Assembly (NCBI GenBank): GCA_022562155.1
Contig: JADFPV010000002.1
Location: 9,712-73,711 of the forward strand
Reading direction: 5' to 3'
From: Chloroflexota bacterium
Lineage (GTDB): Bacteria; Chloroflexota; Dehalococcoidia; DSTF01; RBG-16-68-14
DNA length: 64,000 nucleotides
Made by a program: the position numbers and the translations under genes. Of this stretch, positions 27,096-35,428 are shown piece by piece. The notes under the pieces are model-generated. The model was given only the letters and a program-made list of their open reading frames with translations. It did no database searches and was not told the origin of the DNA. How positions within the stretch are numbered: position 1 is the stretch's first letter; every line of letters begins with the position of its first letter.

Positions 27096-28901
27096 CTAGC
27101 CGCCAGCAGCGTTCCCGTGTTCGATCCAGCGTTCGTAAAGCGAGGTGTAGTAGCCACCCGCGCTGACCAGCTCTGCGTGGGAGCCGTCTTCAATCACGCG
27201 GCCATCGTTGACGACGAGGATACGCTGGGCTTGCTCAGCTGTGCTGAGACGGTGGGCGATGACGATGCTCGTGCGGCCCTCCAGCGCTCTGCGGATCGCG
27301 CCTTCGACGATCGCCTCGGTGCCGGGGTCCATGCTGGACGTGGCCTCGTCGAGAATGAGGACGGGCGGGTCGGCGAGGAAAGCGCGGGAGATGGAGACAA
27401 CTTGCTTCTCACCAGCGGAGAGGCGCGAACCGCGATAGCTTACGGCGGTGTCGTAGCCATCGGGCAGCGCCTCGATGAAGCTGTGGACACCAAGCGACTG
27501 GCAGGCCGCGACGACCTCGTCGTCCGTCGCATCTGGCCGGCCAAAGAGGATGTTTTCGCGAATCGTGCCGCTGAACAGGAAGCCCTCCTGGGGCACCATG
27601 ATGATCGAACGTCTAAGGTCCTTGAAAGAGAACTGGCGGATATCCTGGCCATCGAGCAGTATCCGTCCCATCGTCGGGTCGTAGAAGCGCATCATGAGCT
27701 TGGCGAGAGTAGACTTGCCCGCGCCGGTCGGCCCGACTAGGACGAGACGCTGGCCGGACGCGATCTCGATGTTTACATCCTTGATGACGGGGATGTCTTT
27801 AGAGTAGCCGAAGCTGAGGTCGTCGAGATCGATCTGGCCGCGTACCGGCAGACTGAGCGTCGCGGGCGTCTTTGGCTCCACCACCTCAGGCTCGATCTCA
27901 AGGAGGCCGAAGATCTTCTTCAGAGCCGAGAAGCCGCTCTGCATCATGTCATACACCTGTGAGAGCTGCTGGATCGGCTGGAAGATGAAGTTTATGTAGA
28001 AGATGAAGGCAACGATGGTGCCGACGCTTACGTCTACGCCGAATACGGCTCCCGCACCAAAGTACAAAATGATGCCGATGCCTGCCCCGCCCAACCATTC
28101 GATGAAGGGGATGTACATCGATGAGATGCGGACGGTGCGCAGGTTTGCCTCATAATTGTGCTCGTTGATGCGGTCGAAATGCTCGGCGTTTTGGCGCTCG
28201 CGCGCGAAGGCCTGGACGACGCGCATGCCGGCGAAGTTCTCCTGCATGTGGATCATGACGTCGGCGATACGGTCGCGGACGGCGTCGTACGCGCGCTCTG
28301 AGTACACGCGAAAGATCATGGTGGCGATGATGAGCGGCGGCAGGATCGCCAGGCTGACGAGTGAGAGTTGCCAGCTCAGCAGGAAGAGGATGACGATTGC
28401 ACCGAGGAGCAGCAGGAGTGCCTGGACGATCATCAGGAAGCCTGAGTTCAGCACATCAGAGAGCGCGTTCATGTCCGCCGTCATACGCGCGACGAGCCGT
28501 CCTGAGTGTTCCTTATCGAAAAAGGACATCGACAGCCGCTGGTAGTGCGAGAAGAGCCGCATTCGCAGATTGCGCAGAACCTGCTGACCGACCCAGGTGA
28601 CCGTGTACGTGCTGATGGCCTGCACGACGTAGATCACGATTCCCAAAGCAAAGAACCAGATGGACGCTACAACGATCGCGTCGCCATCGCCCTTGATGAT
28701 GCCGTCGTCGATCGCCTGCTGGATCACGATTGGCCGGGCGAGGTTGGCGAGCGCGAAGATGCAGATGGACGCGATCGCGACTGCGGCCATTACCCAGAGC
28801 GGCGCCAGTAGCCGTAAGAGGGGCCTGATCACGTGTGTCGTCTGGATCTCAGGGCCACTTCCGTTGCGGCGTTCGATGGTTGGCGGCCCGTGGAACATCA
28901 T
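27096..28901 (-). CDS. ABC exporter, fused permease + ATPase (type I exporter half-transporter)
   Basis: An N-terminal 6-TM domain and a C-terminal NBD with GPTGAGKST, LSAGEKQ and ILDEATS. Its start overlaps the upstream gene's stop (ATGA at 28898-28901). Confidence 0.85.
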   Translation of the reverse strand: MMFHGPPTIERRNGSGPEIQTTHVIRPLLRLLAPLWVMAAVAIASICIFALANLARPIVIQQAIDDGIIKGDGDAIVVASIWFFALGIVIYVVQAISTYTVTWVGQQVLRNLRMRLFSHYQRLSMSFFDKEHSGRLVARMTADMNALSDVLNSGFLMIVQALLLLLGAIVILFLLSWQLSLVSLAILPPLIIATMIFRVYSERAYDAVRDRIADVMIHMQENFAGMRVVQAFARERQNAEHFDRINEHNYEANLRTVRISSMYIPFIEWLGGAGIGIILYFGAGAVFGVDVSVGTIVAFIFYINFIFQPIQQLSQVYDMMQSGFSALKKIFGLLEIEPEVVEPKTPATLSLPVRGQIDLDDLSFGYSKDIPVIKDVNIEIASGQRLVLVGPTGAGKSTLAKLMMRFYDPTMGRILLDGQDIRQFSFKDLRRSIIMVPQEGFLFSGTIRENILFGRPDATDDEVVAACQSLGVHSFIEALPDGYDTAVSYRGSRLSAGEKQVVSISRAFLADPPVLILDEATSSMDPGTEAIVEGAIRRALEGRTSIVIAHRLSTAEQAQRILVVNDGRVIEDGSHAELVSAGGYYTSLYERWIEHGNAAGG

Positions 28902-30652
28902 ACTCGCGCCTCCACCTGGCCAAGGACTTCCTGGTACCGAGGGTTGCTCGATAGCAAGTCCGCGTGTGAGCCGATGTCGACGACACGGCCTTGATCGACC
29001 AGGACGACCTGGTCGGCGAGTGCGATCGTCGAGATGCGGTGCGAGATGATGACAGTCGTCCGGCCCTCCATAACGATGCGGAGGGCGTTGCGGATTTCCT
29101 CCTCCATGTGCGCGTCTACGCTGGAGGTGGCATCGTCGAGGATAAGAACGCGGGTCTCTTTCAGCATCGCCCGGGCAATGGCGATGCGCTGGCGCTGGCC
29201 GCCCGAAAGCGAGAAGCCCTGCTCGCCCACGACGGTGTCGTAACCCTCAGGGATGCGCTCGATGAACTCCGCGGCATGGGCGAGCTGCGCCGCTTTCATG
29301 ACCTCTTGTTCGGTGGCGTCCATGTTGCCGTACGCGATGTTGTTGCGGATGGTGTCTGAGAACAGGAACGTGTCCTCGAAGACGAGGCCGACGTTGGAGC
29401 GAAGCTCCTGCAGATTGAGTTCGCGGATGTCGACGCCATCGATCTTGATTGAGCCGTCTTCGATGTCATAGAAGCGCGGCAACAGCTGGGCGACGGTCGA
29501 CTTGCCGGAGGCGGTCGGACCAACAAGGGCGATGGACGTACCCGCGGGCACCTTGAGTGAGAAGTCACGCAGCACAGGCTGGCCGGGGAAGTACGAGAAA
29601 CGCACGTTATCGAACTCGATCTCGCCATGACCGTCTGGCATCGACCTTGCATTGGGTTTCTGGCGCACGGTCGGCTGCTCCTTGAGGATGTTCCAGATAC
29701 GTGCTGCCGACGTGAGGGCGCGCTGCCCGGAGGCGATCATCTCGCCAAGGCCCTGGACGGGCCAGATGAGCATGTTGAGGAGTTGGAAGAAGGCGACGAA
29801 CTCACCGGCCGAGATCTGTCCATTCAGCGCTAACCAGCCGCCATATGCCAGGATCGTGAGCTGGCCGATTGTGGGCAGGAGAAAGAAGAGCGGTCCGTAG
29901 GTTGTCCGTAGGCGGGCGACTTCCATGTTGTCTTCGTAGATCTGATCGGCCACTTTCCGCGCTCTTGCGATCTCGTGATCCTCGCGGCCGAAGGATCGGA
30001 CTAGGCGGCTGCCAGCGATGTTCTCCTCAACGACGCTTGTGAGTTCGCCCAGTCCCTGCTGGACGCGCGCCGTCGCCGGGAAGAGCTTGTTGAAGAAGCG
30101 GACGGTGATGATCGTCACCATCGGATAGACGATGAGGCCAAGCAGCGCGAGCCACACGTGAATGAAGGCGAGTACGATGAACGAACCTGCGGCCATCAGC
30201 AGAAACGCAAAGTTGATGGGGATCATCACGGTTAGCATCTGTACTTCGTGGACGTCCGTGCTGGCCCGCGACATCAACTGGCCGGTCGCCGTCTTGTCAT
30301 AAAAGTCGAAGGACAGGCGGCTAATGCTGGCGTAGAACTGCATGCGGATGTCGGCTTCGACTCTGTGGGACGTCCGCATCGCAAAGTAGCGCCGCATAGA
30401 CGCGCCACCACCCTGAAGGGCCGCCAGCCCAAGCATGCCCAACATGAACCAGAGGAGGAGGTCTAGGTCAGTACCGCCTGGGAGATCGATCGCCTCGTCG
30501 ATCGTGATGCCGATGAGGACAGGTATGGCTATCCGCGCGACCGTCCATAAGAGGGCGGCGAAGAGCGCCAGCCCCAGTGAGACCCACTGGCGCTTAAGTT
30601 CGTTCAGAAGCAGGCGAGCGCCTGCCTTGAGGTCTAGTTGTTCCTCATCCAT
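28898..30652 (-). CDS. ABC exporter, fused permease + ATPase; partner half-transporter (heterodimer)
   Basis: Start chosen at the ATG at 30652 (MDEEQLDLKAG...). The upstream 80 codons of the listed ORF are Arg/Cys-rich junk. NBD motifs are GPTASGKST, LSGGQRQR and ILDDATS. Confidence 0.8.
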   Translation of the reverse strand: MDEEQLDLKAGARLLLNELKRQWVSLGLALFAALLWTVARIAIPVLIGITIDEAIDLPGGTDLDLLLWFMLGMLGLAALQGGGASMRRYFAMRTSHRVEADIRMQFYASISRLSFDFYDKTATGQLMSRASTDVHEVQMLTVMIPINFAFLLMAAGSFIVLAFIHVWLALLGLIVYPMVTIITVRFFNKLFPATARVQQGLGELTSVVEENIAGSRLVRSFGREDHEIARARKVADQIYEDNMEVARLRTTYGPLFFLLPTIGQLTILAYGGWLALNGQISAGEFVAFFQLLNMLIWPVQGLGEMIASGQRALTSAARIWNILKEQPTVRQKPNARSMPDGHGEIEFDNVRFSYFPGQPVLRDFSLKVPAGTSIALVGPTASGKSTVAQLLPRFYDIEDGSIKIDGVDIRELNLQELRSNVGLVFEDTFLFSDTIRNNIAYGNMDATEQEVMKAAQLAHAAEFIERIPEGYDTVVGEQGFSLSGGQRQRIAIARAMLKETRVLILDDATSSVDAHMEEEIRNALRIVMEGRTTVIISHRISTIALADQVVLVDQGRVVDIGSHADLLSSNPRYQEVLGQVEARV

Positions 30653-30891
30653 GACATAAAGATGGCTAGGCCGGAGGCAACGGCTCAGTCTAACGAGTGG
30701 CGCTGTCTGCGGAAAGGGAAGCACTTCGCAGACGCTAGGACAGATGCATGGTAAACTGGATGTGAAGCGTATACGCACTAGGGTGCGGCGCACTGAGTGG
30801 CCACCCTCGGTGCGTGTGCTGCGATGGCACTTCGCGTCGCCGGCTGCCCAGACGAGGTAGGCCTGGCCTCGCTTCAACGCAAGGAGACGCA

Positions 30892-31146
30892 ATGGCTACC
30901 ATCTTCGTGGGCAACTTGTCACCCGACGTCACCGACGGAGATCTGCGTCATGTGTTTGAAGAGTATGGCAGGATCACCTCTGTGCGCCTCGTCACTCGTA
31001 AGCGCCTAGCCTATATCGAACTCGACGAGAAAGCTGCGGAATCCGCGGTAGCGGGACTGACAGGTACGCAACTCAAGGGACGAACGCTAGACGTGGTGAT
31101 CGACGCCGCCGGCGCCGGGAAGCCGCGCAAGCGCCGCCGGCGCTAA
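30892..31146 (+). CDS. Small RNA-recognition-motif (RRM) RNA-binding protein with a basic KRRRR tail
   Basis: RNP2-like IFVGNL and RNP1-like RLAYIE(L) segments. AAGGAGA ribosome-binding site, then ATG at 30892. 84 aa. Confidence 0.7.
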   Translation: MATIFVGNLSPDVTDGDLRHVFEEYGRITSVRLVTRKRLAYIELDEKAAESAVAGLTGTQLKGRTLDVVIDAAGAGKPRKRRRR

Positions 31147-31244
31147 CACCCAAACCCACTCGCCCCGTCGCATCGCCTTAGTCAGATCGTGTAGGATGCT
31201 ATTCGCTGAATAGCTGAACACGTCGTGGATACGGGAGGACAGAT

Positions 31245-32300
31245 ATGCGGATATCGATATCTCTAGGGATGGGCCGAGATGACTGGGAGGGAGCGAGCAC
31301 CTACGTACAAGAGGCCGAGCGGTTAGGCGTTCACGACGTGTGGTCGGCCGAGGCTTGGGGCTACGATGCGATCTCGCCCCTCGCCTACATGGCGGCCAAG
31401 ACATCGACGATCCGGCTCGGCACGGGCATTGTGCAAGGGGGTACGCGAACCCCGGCGCTCCTGGCGATGACAGCGATGTCGATGGCCTCTCTTTCGAACG
31501 ATCGGTTCGTGCTTGGTATCGGCGCCAGCGGGCCACAGGTGGTCGAAGGCTGGCATGGCATCTCGTTCAAGCGGCAGATGACGCGGATGCGGGAGCTGAT
31601 CGAGATCGTTCGCCTGCTCGAATCTGGAGAGCGGGCGAGCTACTCCGGGAAGGTCTATACGCTGCCGAGACCCGGGGGTGAAGGCAAAGCGATTCGCTCG
31701 AGCGCACCGCTGCGCGACCCCGTGCCGATCTACCTGGCAACGCTGAGCCCGAAGAGCCTGCAGATGACGGGCGAGTTGGCCGACGGCTGGCTGGGCACGT
31801 CGTTCATGCCCGAACACGCCGATGTGTTCTTCGATGACATCAAGAAGGGCGCCGAGAAGGCCGGTCGCTCAATGAGCGACATCGACCTGCAGGCCGGGGG
31901 CGCTGTGGCGTTCGGCGACGACATTGAGAACATGATCCCGCCGCGCAAGCCGGGACTGGCGTTCACGCTGGGCGCGATGGGTTCGCGCGAGCATAATTTC
32001 TACAACCGAGCGTTCCAGCGCGCAGGCTATAAGGACGTTGCGATTGAGGTCCAGAACCTATGGCTGGACGGCAACCGCGACGAGGCAAGAGAGCGCGTGC
32101 CGGACGAGATGGTGCTGAAGACGAATCTGCTGGGAACGGAAGAGATGGTGAAGGACAGGATTCGTGCCTATCGCGATGCCGGCGTGACCACGCTCCGGGT
32201 CGATCCGGCCGGACGGGATATGAAGGAGCGGCTGGACACGCTGGGACGCCTGATCGAGTGCGTGAAGGCTGTCAGCGAAGAGAAAGTGCCAGTCGGCTAG
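31245..32300 (+). CDS. LLM-class F420-dependent oxidoreductase (luciferase-like monooxygenase family)
   Basis: ...DVWSAEAWGYDAISPLAYMAAKTSTIRLGTGIVQ...FVLGIGASGPQVVEGWHG... 351 aa. Confidence 0.75.
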   Translation: MRISISLGMGRDDWEGASTYVQEAERLGVHDVWSAEAWGYDAISPLAYMAAKTSTIRLGTGIVQGGTRTPALLAMTAMSMASLSNDRFVLGIGASGPQVVEGWHGISFKRQMTRMRELIEIVRLLESGERASYSGKVYTLPRPGGEGKAIRSSAPLRDPVPIYLATLSPKSLQMTGELADGWLGTSFMPEHADVFFDDIKKGAEKAGRSMSDIDLQAGGAVAFGDDIENMIPPRKPGLAFTLGAMGSREHNFYNRAFQRAGYKDVAIEVQNLWLDGNRDEARERVPDEMVLKTNLLGTEEMVKDRIRAYRDAGVTTLRVDPAGRDMKERLDTLGRLIECVKAVSEEKVPVG

Positions 32301-32333
32301 CGCCGACTGGCATTGCAGTTGCCCCGCAACTGC
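32287..32333. terminator. Tandem stem-loops at a gene end, the second being of the GCAGTTnC family
   Basis: GCCAGTCGGC-tagc-GCCGACTGGC at 32287-32310 overlaps the TAG stop. GCAGTTGC-ccc-GCAACTGC follows at 32315-32333. Confidence 0.6.
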
Positions 32334-32414
32334 TGGCTGTCGTGAGCCTGGCAATTCGTCAGGGGCGGACTGCATGGTCTAGCTTTAGCGGCGCCCGGCT
32401 GATCTAGCGGCCAG

Positions 32415-32444
32415 CCATGCAGTTCCCTTCGGGCAACTGCATGG
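32415..32444. terminator. 10-bp stem-loop CCATGCAGTT-cccttcgggc-AACTGCATGG (REP-like family)
   Basis: Lies just upstream of the convergent stop of the esterase gene at 32451. It is flanked by two copies of a roughly 28-bp direct repeat, CTGCATGG(T/C)CTAGCTT(T/A)A(G)CGGCG(C/G)CCGG. Confidence 0.55.
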
Positions 32445-32450
32445 CCTAGC

Positions 32451-33944
32451 TTAACGGCGGCCGGCCCAGGCTTCGCGCTCCGTACCGTTTGGATCGTCCA
32501 CGACGGCGGTCTCATCTCCGAAGACCATGGTGGCGCGGCTATCCGAACTGTAGGACGGCCACGGTAGCGCATCCGTGCCCGGGTCACCGGTGCGGATGAA
32601 TGCCGTCCAGGCGGCGTGCATGGGGTCCGCGACGTGCTGCGGCAACGGTCCCTCGCCGAGGAAGATGTTCACGCCTCCGCGATCGAGGTTATCGAACACA
32701 AACGGGATCTCCAGCGCGTGGGTGCTCTTCAGCTTGCCATCGAACGCCCGCGATTCCCATGTGAAGTGGTACATCCAGGTTTTGGCATCGTGCGGCTCGC
32801 GCGCCTCTGCGAGGCGGACGGCCGGGATGCGGAACGTGTGGTCGGACGTCATGGCGACAAACAGGTCGCGTGATGTCGCGTCGGGCCGGTTCCGGCGGTA
32901 GGTGTCGATGAGGTCCGGGCTGCCGCCTAGGCGGTCGAGCAGCCTACGGAGACCGTCCTCATCGACATCACCGGGCGCGCCAAAGAGCGTGGTTTCGTCC
33001 TTGTTGGTACCGACGATGACGGGCACGTCGTTGGACGCCCCGTCGCGAAGGAGGTCGATCGGCCGCTTCGGTAGGACGGCACCGTCGATTGTCGGATAGA
33101 AGGAGCCGACGGTTGTGCCGAGGCCCTGCGGCCGCTTCAAGAGCTCCATCGCGACCTTGTCCTGAGCTTCGAGGATGCTATCGACCGACGCGGCCTCAAG
33201 GTCCTTGACGGTCTTGGCGTCGAGCGTCTCCAGCAGGATGTCTGTGACAATGTCGGACGATTTCGCAGGCAGGGCGTGATGGGCCGCGCCGCTCTGGGCG
33301 ATGGCGCGCTTGAAGAGCCCGGTCGCCATAGGCGAGGCGAGCAGTATACCGACGCTAAAGGCGCCGGCCGACTCGCCGGCGATGGTCACGTTCTCCGGGT
33401 CGCCACCGAAGTTCTCGATGTTGTCGCGGACCCACTTGAGCGCCTCGATCTGATCGAGGATGCCGTTGATACCGGACGATTCGAAATCGTCGCCGAACCT
33501 CGCGAGGTGCGCGAAACCGAGTGCGGCCAGGCGGTAGTTAATGCTGACGACGACGATATCGCCGTTGGCCGCGAAGCGGGCGCCGTTGTACCAGGGGATG
33601 CCACCCTGTCCGGTCCTGAACGCTCCACCGTGGATCCAGACGAGGACAGGCCGCTTGGCGCCGTCCGCTGCCGGCGTTGAGATGTTGAGCGTGAGGCAGT
33701 CTTCGTCCCAGCGGACGGGCACGCTGTTTTCGAGAAACGTGCCCGCTAGCTGAGGCGCGGCCGGCCCGAACTTCTGAGCGTTGCGGACGCCGGACCAGGG
33801 CCCGTGGGGCTGGACGGCCCGGAACCTGAGATCGCCGACGGGTGGCTTCGCGTAGGGAATGCCCGCGAAGAGGAGAACGCCTTCCTTTTCGCGTCCCTCG
33901 ACCTTGCCGTTCCGGGTTGTCGCGACTGCTGCCGTGGTTACCAT
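32451..33944 (-). CDS. Carboxylesterase type B (para-nitrobenzyl esterase-like alpha/beta hydrolase)
   Basis: ...LLFAGIPYAKPPVGDLRF...LVWIHGGAFRTGQG...ITIAGESAGAFSV (GESAG nucleophile elbow). 497 aa. Confidence 0.85.
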   Translation of the reverse strand: MVTTAAVATTRNGKVEGREKEGVLLFAGIPYAKPPVGDLRFRAVQPHGPWSGVRNAQKFGPAAPQLAGTFLENSVPVRWDEDCLTLNISTPAADGAKRPVLVWIHGGAFRTGQGGIPWYNGARFAANGDIVVVSINYRLAALGFAHLARFGDDFESSGINGILDQIEALKWVRDNIENFGGDPENVTIAGESAGAFSVGILLASPMATGLFKRAIAQSGAAHHALPAKSSDIVTDILLETLDAKTVKDLEAASVDSILEAQDKVAMELLKRPQGLGTTVGSFYPTIDGAVLPKRPIDLLRDGASNDVPVIVGTNKDETTLFGAPGDVDEDGLRRLLDRLGGSPDLIDTYRRNRPDATSRDLFVAMTSDHTFRIPAVRLAEAREPHDAKTWMYHFTWESRAFDGKLKSTHALEIPFVFDNLDRGGVNIFLGEGPLPQHVADPMHAAWTAFIRTGDPGTDALPWPSYSSDSRATMVFGDETAVVDDPNGTEREAWAGRR

Positions 33945-33999
33945 GGTGACCCTTCCTTAATCCTGTAGCAGATTGTACACCACAAGATGCAGACCGACG

Positions 34000-35361
34000 C
34001 TAGGCCCATTCGGCCTCATGTGTCCCTATCGGTACAGTCGGTCGCTCCCAGCGAGGCTGTGTCTCCGAGAGCTCGAGCACAGGGCCAAGGTGGTAGAGCT
34101 TTCCGTGGGGCGTGTCGGAGTCGGTCATGGCGGGTGCGACGATCTCTTCCGTCACGCCGGCGCCTCGTTCGGTCGTGCGGCCGAGGCTCTGGAGCCACAT
34201 GCCGGTCCGCGAGAGCGAAACGCGCACGTGATAGCTGCCACCTTCTCTCGCGCGTCTGGCGAGAGCGACGACTGTGCCCAACGCCGCAAGGTAGCCGGTC
34301 GTGTAGTCGGTGGCCGCGGCGGGAAGCAGGCGGGGGCGCTCGTCGCCATGTTCTGCCGCGATGCCCGTAACGGTCTGCGCGAGTTGCTCCCAGCCTGGTC
34401 GCTGCTGCCACGGCCCCGTGTGCCCATAGCAATTGATCGATGTGTAGATCAGACCTGGCCGTAGCTCGTGGAGCGCCTCCGGCCCGAAGCCGAGGCGGTT
34501 TATTGCGCCTGAGCGGTAGCCCTGAGCGAAGACGTCGGCGTCGCGCACTAACGCTCGGAGCTGATCGGCGTCCTCCTGAGTCTTCAGATCGAGGTGGGCG
34601 CTGCGCTTCCCGTGGCCGGTGTCCATGACGAAGGCGGCGATGCTCGGTAGCTCCGGTGAATCGATGCGGAGGACATCGGCGCCGTGCGCGGCGAGCGTGC
34701 GGCCGCACGTTGGCCCCGCGAGGACGCGTGTGAGATCGAGCATGCGAACGCCGGAGAGCGGACGATCGCCCTCCGCAAACGGCTCCGGATCGCTGTCGCC
34801 GACGCGTGTGACGTCGACCACGGGCTGTTCGGCGAGTGCGATCGCCTGGTCGTGGCCGGCCCACTCTTCCTCGGTTCGCACCATGGCGCCGCAGAGGCCG
34901 AGTTCGCCGAACTTATCCTCCAGCTCCTGCGCGTCCCAACCGGCGACGCTCTGAGCGATCGATTCGGCCGTCGCCTCGCAGGAGAGTAGTGCGAGTATGC
35001 TCTGGCGGTTCTTCGGAAAGCCCTGGTGGACGAGGAACCAGCGGCCGTCACGAGTTGGGAAGAAGTCGGTCAAGCGCGGCCCTCGTTGTGGTGTAGGGCT
35101 TTTCGTGAGGCGCTGGAACGTGAAGCTAATCAACGATGCCGCCGCGAGTGGCACCTCAACGCGGACATGTTGCGCCCGTCCGGTTCGCAGTTTCCAGATG
35201 TCCGAGACGGCAAGGCCGACGGCAGCGAGAGCGGCAGCGGCCGCCTCGCCGACACGGAAATTTGTCTGCAGGACCGGGTCCCGGCCAACGATCTCCACCT
35301 TGCGGTTTGTCTCTGGCAGATCGAGCGCGGACGTCAGCGAGCGAAGGGCGTGAGCAGGCAT
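34000..35361 (-). CDS. CoA-transferase family III (CaiB/BaiF) protein with apparently circularly permuted domain order
   Basis: The family-defining N-terminal motif GPLSGVRMLDLTRVLAGPTCG sits mid-protein, about residue 235 of the 476-aa ORF. It is preceded by segments that normally lie C-terminal (FPTRDGRWFLVHQG...LGLCGAMVRTEEEW). The start is uncertain: the ATG at 35430 overlaps the divergent ABC-F start, so I use the ATG at 35361. Confidence 0.65.
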   Translation of the reverse strand: MPAHALRSLTSALDLPETNRKVEIVGRDPVLQTNFRVGEAAAAALAAVGLAVSDIWKLRTGRAQHVRVEVPLAAASLISFTFQRLTKSPTPQRGPRLTDFFPTRDGRWFLVHQGFPKNRQSILALLSCEATAESIAQSVAGWDAQELEDKFGELGLCGAMVRTEEEWAGHDQAIALAEQPVVDVTRVGDSDPEPFAEGDRPLSGVRMLDLTRVLAGPTCGRTLAAHGADVLRIDSPELPSIAAFVMDTGHGKRSAHLDLKTQEDADQLRALVRDADVFAQGYRSGAINRLGFGPEALHELRPGLIYTSINCYGHTGPWQQRPGWEQLAQTVTGIAAEHGDERPRLLPAAATDYTTGYLAALGTVVALARRAREGGSYHVRVSLSRTGMWLQSLGRTTERGAGVTEEIVAPAMTDSDTPHGKLYHLGPVLELSETQPRWERPTVPIGTHEAEWA

Positions 35362-35428
35362 GTGAACTCGCCAAGATTGTACAGGATTGGGCGTGGCCGA
35401 TACTCTAGCATCGGAGCCCCTGCCAGCC

